Source: Promethearchaeota archaeon
Lineage (GTDB): Archaea; Asgardarchaeota; Lokiarchaeia; Sigyniarchaeales; SOKP01
Direction: 5' to 3'
DNA length: 11,785 bases
Assembly (NCBI GenBank): GCA_048938895.1
Contig: JBHLLU010000091.1
Location: 1-11,785 of the forward strand
A program made the translations under genes and the position numbers. The notes under the pieces are model-generated. The model saw nothing but the letters and a program-made list of their open reading frames with translations, ran no database searches and had not been told where the DNA came from. This document shows, piece after piece, positions 6,617-11,785 of the stretch (the first letter of the stretch is position 1; each line of letters opens with the position of its first letter).

Positions 6617-8764
6617 ATGCAAATGGACTCAAAGGAGTATTTTAATAATCCTTATCTTAAAAAGAATACCGTTCACTTTCGACACTATCAAAATAATGTT
6701 GCAAACTGTTGTAAGAATAGAAATTCTTTAGTAGTTTTGCCAACTGGATTAGGAAAAACAATTATTGGCATTTTATTGATTGCTCATTCGCTAAAAAAAT
6801 ATCCGAATGCAAAAGTAGTGATACTTGCACCGACTAGACCCTTAGTTTTTCAGCATAAAGCTTCTTGTGAAAAATTCCTTAATTTGGATTCTGAAGATAT
6901 TATGTCATTTACAGGTAAGATCTCTCCTGAAAAAAGAATTAATCTATATAAAAATTCTAAAATTATTATTTCTACACCTCAAGTAATAAATAATGATATT
7001 GCAAGAGGACGTTATGATTTAAGACAGGTTTCTTTAATTATTTTCGATGAGGCTCATAAGACAAAAGGAAATTATGCTTATAATTTAATCTCGAAAGAGT
7101 ATATTGAAACCTGCAGCGATCCTCTTATCTTAGGTTTGACAGCATCCCCAGGAAAAGACTATGAGGGTATCCAATTAATATGTGATAATTTACATATTGA
7201 AAATATTGTATTTAGAAATTATCAAGATGAGGATGTAAAAGATTACATTTATGATATAGACACTTACCTAAATTTTGTAAGTCTACCAGCAAGAATATTA
7301 GAATTAAGCCAGGTATGGTATAGCTTATTTAAAAAGTTTTTAAAATTCTTTATTGACCGTAAATTGATAAATCCTTATAAAAAATATTTTTCAAAATTGG
7401 ATTTTCTTCGAATTTTACACGATCTTACACTATCATACAAGTATGAAAAGGAATACATTTCAGAAGAAGAATATAAAGAATATTTGTTGTATAATGATCC
7501 AAAAATCATTGATATAATTAATGAGAACAATATTGATGTAAATTCAGTTTATTCATATTGCTCTAGTTGTATTTCTTTACTACATGCTAAAGATTTACTA
7601 GAAACCCAAGAGATTTCCCTTTTCCTTTCTTTCATTGAAAAGATTAAATTTAGAGCGGAACAAGGGGAAATGTCCGCAAAAAGAATTGTTGAATCAAAAC
7701 ACTTTAAATTAGTTTTTTCTTCAATTCAAAAAGAAAAGGACACTAATTTAGCCCATCCCAAAGTAGAAAAGATTATATCAATTTTACGTGAAGAAAAAGA
7801 GGAATTTAGTAACAAAAAGATAATTATATTCACACAATTTCGAGAAATGGCAGAATTTTTGAAAATAAAATTACAAACCGAATTTAAAAATCAATTGTCT
7901 ATCGAGAAATTTATAGGGCAATCATCAAAGATTGATGACTCTGGATTTTCTCAAAAATATCAATCAGAGATCCTACAAAAATTCAGAAATGATGAAATTA
8001 ATGTGTTGATTGCAACTAGTGTCGCTGAAGAAGGAATAGATATTCCAAATGTAGATGCTATTATTTTCTATGAACCAGTTCCTTCTGAAATACGATTGAT
8101 TCAAAGACGGGGAAGAACTGGAAGGTTTGCACCCGGAAGATGTTATATCTTAATTACTGAAGATACTGTTGATATTCCTTTTTATATTGTTGCTAAGAGA
8201 AAAGAAGCTACAATGAAATCTGTGTTAAATGATTATTCCGCGATACAATTAACCAATAATTTCGAACGCAAATCAATTACATTTTCTCTACCTGACATAG
8301 AAAGATGTAGTGATTTTGATTTTATTCAAAATTTTAAAGAAAGAAGAGATAGGGAAAAGGAACTATTAGCTAATCGTTCTATTGAAGAAATTTTATGTCA
8401 GCTTGATGAATTTTCTAAAAGTAAGGATTATGAGAAAATTAAGGAATTTGGTGTTACGTTCTATTCAGATTTAATCAATTTAGAGCATTCTGATTTGAAG
8501 AACAAAATATTAAAATTGAAAGGTAAAAAGAGCCTAGCGTCTGTAAAACAGAAGATATATTTAAACAAAAACATGAAAATGCTTATAAATTTAGTAAAAA
8601 CTTACGGAGACGATGGTAAATTGGATTTTGATGAATTAAAAAAACTTGCTATGGAAGAAGAAATTTTAGATAGAAAGTTCTTCACTCACTTTAATCAAGC
8701 ATGTTATCGGGGGTATCTGAGGAAGCAGGAAAACTACGTTCAATATATTATGGATGATGATTAG
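6617..8764 (+). CDS. hef: Hef/Mph1/FANCM-like SF2 DEAH-box DNA helicase without a recognisable ERCC4 nuclease domain
   Basis: 'RHYQ' Q-motif, 'LPTGLGKT' (I), 'LAPTRPLVFQH' (Ia), 'FDEAH' (II), 'GLTASPG' (III), 'HPK', 'IIIFTQFRE' (IV), 'ATSVAEEGIDIP' (V), 'FYEPVPSEIRLIQRRGRTGR' (VI). These are diagnostic of archaeal Hef helicases. Confidence 0.9.
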   Translation: MQMDSKEYFNNPYLKKNTVHFRHYQNNVANCCKNRNSLVVLPTGLGKTIIGILLIAHSLKKYPNAKVVILAPTRPLVFQHKASCEKFLNLDSEDIMSFTGKISPEKRINLYKNSKIIISTPQVINNDIARGRYDLRQVSLIIFDEAHKTKGNYAYNLISKEYIETCSDPLILGLTASPGKDYEGIQLICDNLHIENIVFRNYQDEDVKDYIYDIDTYLNFVSLPARILELSQVWYSLFKKFLKFFIDRKLINPYKKYFSKLDFLRILHDLTLSYKYEKEYISEEEYKEYLLYNDPKIIDIINENNIDVNSVYSYCSSCISLLHAKDLLETQEISLFLSFIEKIKFRAEQGEMSAKRIVESKHFKLVFSSIQKEKDTNLAHPKVEKIISILREEKEEFSNKKIIIFTQFREMAEFLKIKLQTEFKNQLSIEKFIGQSSKIDDSGFSQKYQSEILQKFRNDEINVLIATSVAEEGIDIPNVDAIIFYEPVPSEIRLIQRRGRTGRFAPGRCYILITEDTVDIPFYIVAKRKEATMKSVLNDYSAIQLTNNFERKSITFSLPDIERCSDFDFIQNFKERRDREKELLANRSIEEILCQLDEFSKSKDYEKIKEFGVTFYSDLINLEHSDLKNKILKLKGKKSLASVKQKIYLNKNMKMLINLVKTYGDDGKLDFDELKKLAMEEEILDRKFFTHFNQACYRGYLRKQENYVQYIMDDD

Positions 8765-9611
8765 CTTTCTTCCTTTTTATCTTAGAGAAATAAAGCAGAA
8801 CTGTGTTAAAACTAATTATCCCTAATGTTATTTCAATTTGGTATCCAAAAATTGTTTCTTCTGAAGATTGTAACCGGAATGTAAGAAGAGCTGAACGATC
8901 ATAGCGTAATTCAGCGAATTTAAGCACTCCATGATTATCATAATTAAGTATTATTTCGAATTCTTTAGAACCTGCTTTAATAGCTCCCTCAGGGCACGAA
9001 AATTTAAATCCATTTTCTTGTTGTGCTATTGTCATATTTTCTGAGAGATCCAATAATATTTGAAAATCATCTGCCACTTTACTCCAATTTAGATTATAAG
9101 GAGCAAAAAGACCTACATAATAAAAATCTCCTGGACTGTACGTTATAGCATTATATAAAGCTAAATTAACCAAGTTAATAGTATAATTACCAGTATCCCC
9201 TGACATGATCCAAATAGGTATAGGTCCCGCTGGAACAGGTAAAAACCCGATACCAGGGATTTCTATCGATATTTCGATATTTGCAATCATATAATTGAAA
9301 TCACCCCAGCCTGTATTATTTGTATATTCACCTTCTAAAGATATTATAGTTGCTGCCAAATCGAATTTTTCGTTAAAACCATAAGAGAATAATGTCTCGA
9401 AGTCTGGAAATTGAGTTTTTATGCTATCTAGCTTATCAGAATAATCTTCATTGAATGTATTGAAGGTAGCTTGATTTACAGAGATTTCCCAAGAATATGT
9501 TTCACCTACGTTTACTCCAACATACTCATGAGAGATAGCACGTGAATAGTTAATTAAGGAAAACAAGAGGAAGCTAAACAATAAGAGACTCAATATTACT
9601 GGTTTTTTCAT
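8748..9611 (-). CDS. Secreted or surface protein with N-terminal signal peptide and C-terminal membrane anchor (Loki-CTERM-like)
   Basis: The likely start is ATG 9611 (MKKPVILSLLLFSFLLFSLINYSRA, a signal peptide); the ORF track uses GTG 9620. The mature region begins 'YVGVNVGETYSW'. The C-terminus 'SSEETIFGY-QIEITLGIISFNTVLLYF-SKIKRKK' is motif + hydrophobic helix + basic tail. Its 3' end overlaps the helicase gene by 17 nt. Confidence 0.7.
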   Translation of the reverse strand: MKKPVILSLLLFSFLLFSLINYSRAISHEYVGVNVGETYSWEISVNQATFNTFNEDYSDKLDSIKTQFPDFETLFSYGFNEKFDLAATIISLEGEYTNNTGWGDFNYMIANIEISIEIPGIGFLPVPAGPIPIWIMSGDTGNYTINLVNLALYNAITYSPGDFYYVGLFAPYNLNWSKVADDFQILLDLSENMTIAQQENGFKFSCPEGAIKAGSKEFEIILNYDNHGVLKFAELRYDRSALLTFRLQSSEETIFGYQIEITLGIISFNTVLLYFSKIKRKKANHHP

Positions 9612-9674
9612 ATAACTCACACTCTTGAGGATTTTTGTTTAATGATAATAAGTATCCTCACTAAATCGCTATTA

Positions 9675-9700
9675 AATGAAAAATTTTAAAAAAAAAGGGT
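9675..9700 (-). terminator. Oligo-T terminator-like tract after the large coiled-coil gene
   Basis: The minus strand after the stop reads ACCCTTTTTTTTTAAAATTTTTTCATTT. Confidence 0.45.
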
Positions 9701-9701
9701 A

Positions 9702-11785
9702 TTACTTAATCTTTTCATCTTTCTTTCTTAAAAAATAGAATCCCAAGACAACAAAGATGACCACCACTGGAAAAACAATAGCTGCAGGATTTCCTCCACT
9801 AAAAAGAAACAAATAATATGATATCGTTAAAATTGAGGCAAAGAAAGCAATAATACTTCCATATATACTTGCGAAATTTTTAAGGTGTCGTAAAGCCATA
9901 TTTAATTTAAAATTTGTATTTTTTATGACTTCAAGTTCAGTTTCATCAATCTCATCTAAGATCTCAGGATTTTCAAAATAGATTGCAAAACGAGGATCAA
10001 ACTTTCCCTTTAATTCTTCTGTACTTATGAGATAAAGTAAATGGTCTTGAATATTTTTCTTTTTAATTTTTAATTCATTATTTAAGAAGCTTATAGTTAA
10101 ATACTCATTTGCGACTGCTTTAATAGTCATTTCAATATATGATTTTAAAATTAATCTTTCTAATGATTTCACCTTCTCATTGAGGATTTCTGTGTATTCA
10201 TGTATAAACTTTTCAAAATCCTCCAATACAAATTTCGAGATCTGGTTAAAATTTTTAGATTGTTTGTGAAATTCTCGAATTTTTGCATTAGCATTTCTAT
10301 CAATTTCTTTTATCTCAGATTCGATACTTTTTGCTCTTTTTTGAATTATAATATTAATCCTTTTAAATTCTCTTAGCTCGATATTATCTTCTACTCTTCT
10401 TTCAAGGTTACCTAACAGTTGACTCAATTTTATCTTACAATCATTTATGTAATCTATTAATTTTCCACGAAATGATTCATTTTTCATAATTTCAATTTGA
10501 TCATTAACCTTATCAACCTTATTATTGAAATCTTCCATAAAATCGTTCTTTTTTTTAACATAGAATTCTCTAATCTCCGGTATTAATTTGTTTGAACCCT
10601 CTGTCTCGTTTGCAGCATTTTTTATTTCATTTTCTATTGTATCTTGAGTATCTCTTGACTTTTCCCTAAATTCATGTCTTTTAATTCCAAAATCTGTTTG
10701 TAAATCTAAATAATAATCGCTTTCTTCAGACATTTTTAAAAACATATTAAAATATTCTTTTAATTCTATTTTCAGAGAGGTATAATGCTGTTGAATGAAT
10801 GATTGTAACGAATTAAAAACATTTAAGTTATTTTTTATTTTTTGCATAGCTATTGCATCATTTTCTATTATTGATTCAAAATACTTCTTAGTTTTTAGAA
10901 ACTCTTGCCTCTCTTGATTAATCTGAAGTTCTTTAACTTTTTCATAAAACTTTTTGGGGATTTCCTCCTGAAAAACACTTAAATCATCAATTCTATTCTG
11001 GAGTTCTAACATATTTGTATTTAATGACAAATTTCTAATACTGGAATCATATAAACCTAAAATTTTTCCTACTCTTTCTCTATTTGATTTCAAGAGTTGA
11101 TTGTCAATATAATTTCTTAATTCCCTATTCAAATAATAATAATCTGTATAAACAAGGATGGTTTTTTCCTCTTCATTTAATTCGGCATTTATTAACGAAA
11201 TCTCTATCATATCCTTTAGTCTTTTTATTAAAAGCTTACAGCTTAGATTTACATTATCTTTCAAATCTGCAATTTTAATGTTGTTAGTCTTTTTTTCAAT
11301 CGCCAATATATTTAACTTATTTGAAAGGATATCATTGATATAATCATCTTTTAAATCCGCAACTTCATTTTGGAAAAACTGAGTGAATTTTTCCCATTGT
11401 AACATAGTTAAATTCGACTTTTCATCAAATTCTTCAATATTTTTACGACAATTATTTAATTTCTTAGTATAGAGTTTATTTGATTTATTAAAATTCGATA
11501 GTATTGAATCGAATGTTTTTGTCACTTCTTCAATTTTTATATTATTGGATAAATTGAATTTATTTTTAATATTCGATAATTCAGATTTTAAATTTGTGAT
11601 TTCCTGAGAGACAAAATCATCAAAATCTTTAATTTCTGTTTTACTTCTTTCAACAATTACTTTATCCTTAAATAACTGAGATTGAGATGCTATTGAATCT
11701 ATGATTGCTGATTCTAAGTTTTCAAGATTATCTTGCAAATGCTTATATAATAAATAGAGCTTCTGTTTGCTTTTAATCTCTGTCT
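9702..11785 (-). CDS. Large coiled-coil protein with two PCI/winged-helix-like segments and a C-terminal double transmembrane anchor; 5' end lies beyond the window
   Basis: The frame stays open upstream of the track's TTG 11738 to the window edge (...TEIKSKQKLYLLYKHLQDNLE). It has long K/E/N/L/I-rich heptad helices, the segments 'IKIADLKDNVNLSCKLLIKRLKDMIEISLINAELNEEEKTILV' and 'LTISFLNNELKIKKKNIQDHLLYLISTEELKGKFDPRFAIY', and two hydrophobic helices followed by 'RKKDEKIK' at the C-terminus. Confidence 0.75.
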   Translation of the reverse strand, partial: TEIKSKQKLYLLYKHLQDNLENLESAIIDSIASQSQLFKDKVIVERSKTEIKDFDDFVSQEITNLKSELSNIKNKFNLSNNIKIEEVTKTFDSILSNFNKSNKLYTKKLNNCRKNIEEFDEKSNLTMLQWEKFTQFFQNEVADLKDDYINDILSNKLNILAIEKKTNNIKIADLKDNVNLSCKLLIKRLKDMIEISLINAELNEEEKTILVYTDYYYLNRELRNYIDNQLLKSNRERVGKILGLYDSSIRNLSLNTNMLELQNRIDDLSVFQEEIPKKFYEKVKELQINQERQEFLKTKKYFESIIENDAIAMQKIKNNLNVFNSLQSFIQQHYTSLKIELKEYFNMFLKMSEESDYYLDLQTDFGIKRHEFREKSRDTQDTIENEIKNAANETEGSNKLIPEIREFYVKKKNDFMEDFNNKVDKVNDQIEIMKNESFRGKLIDYINDCKIKLSQLLGNLERRVEDNIELREFKRINIIIQKRAKSIESEIKEIDRNANAKIREFHKQSKNFNQISKFVLEDFEKFIHEYTEILNEKVKSLERLILKSYIEMTIKAVANEYLTISFLNNELKIKKKNIQDHLLYLISTEELKGKFDPRFAIYFENPEILDEIDETELEVIKNTNFKLNMALRHLKNFASIYGSIIAFFASILTISYYLFLFSGGNPAAIVFPVVVIFVVLGFYFLRKKDEKIK

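Noticed and set aside
8228-8290. 'NDYSAIQLTNNFERKSITF' resembling the ERCC4 GDY...ERKxxxD motif
   Set aside because: It lies immediately after the helicase core with no upstream VDxRE strand, and lacks the Gly and the final Asp. Probably coincidental, though a relic cannot be fully excluded.
6617-8764. Interpreting the helicase as a RIG-I/Dicer-like or defence-system helicase
   Set aside because: 'FYEPVPSEIRLIQRRGRTGR' and 'GLTASPG' fit archaeal Hef DNA-repair helicases, and there are no defence-associated neighbours.
11084-11343. Short + strand ORFs 11084..11278 and 11158..11343
   Set aside because: Antisense to the large coiled-coil gene, with no independent evidence.
11736-11738. TTG start of the 678-aa ORF given in the track
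   Set aside because: The reading frame is open to the window edge, so the true start is probably upstream.

Overview
Strongly AT-rich, gene-dense prokaryotic window with ten coding regions, two of them truncated by the window edges. It is most likely from an Asgard archaeon (Lokiarchaeia-like). This is inferred from an archaeal Hef-type helicase, TATA-like boxes about 25-35 nt upstream of starts, a secreted protein with a Loki-CTERM-like tail and a membrane-anchored coiled-coil/PCI-like protein. Left to right: two tandem DinB/YfiT-superfamily genes (-); a URO-D/MtaA-like TIM-barrel gene and an amidohydrolase_2 gene (+); a tight three-gene operon (-) of a DPM1-like GT2 glycosyltransferase, a BshB1/PIG-L-type deacetylase and a divergent BshC-like ligase; a Hef/Mph1-like DEAH helicase with no recognisable ERCC4 nuclease domain (+); a secreted, C-terminally anchored protein (-); and the 3' part of a large coiled-coil membrane protein (-). 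The most interesting signal is a bacillithiol-like pathway in which the usual retaining GT4 enzyme BshA is replaced in the operon by a GT2, close to two candidate thiol S-transferases. This suggests an undescribed low-molecular-weight thiol or an aminoacyl-hexosamine (glyco)lipid pathway in an archaeon. All family calls come from motif recognition by eye; no searches were run. No RNA genes, CRISPR arrays or mobile elements were seen.
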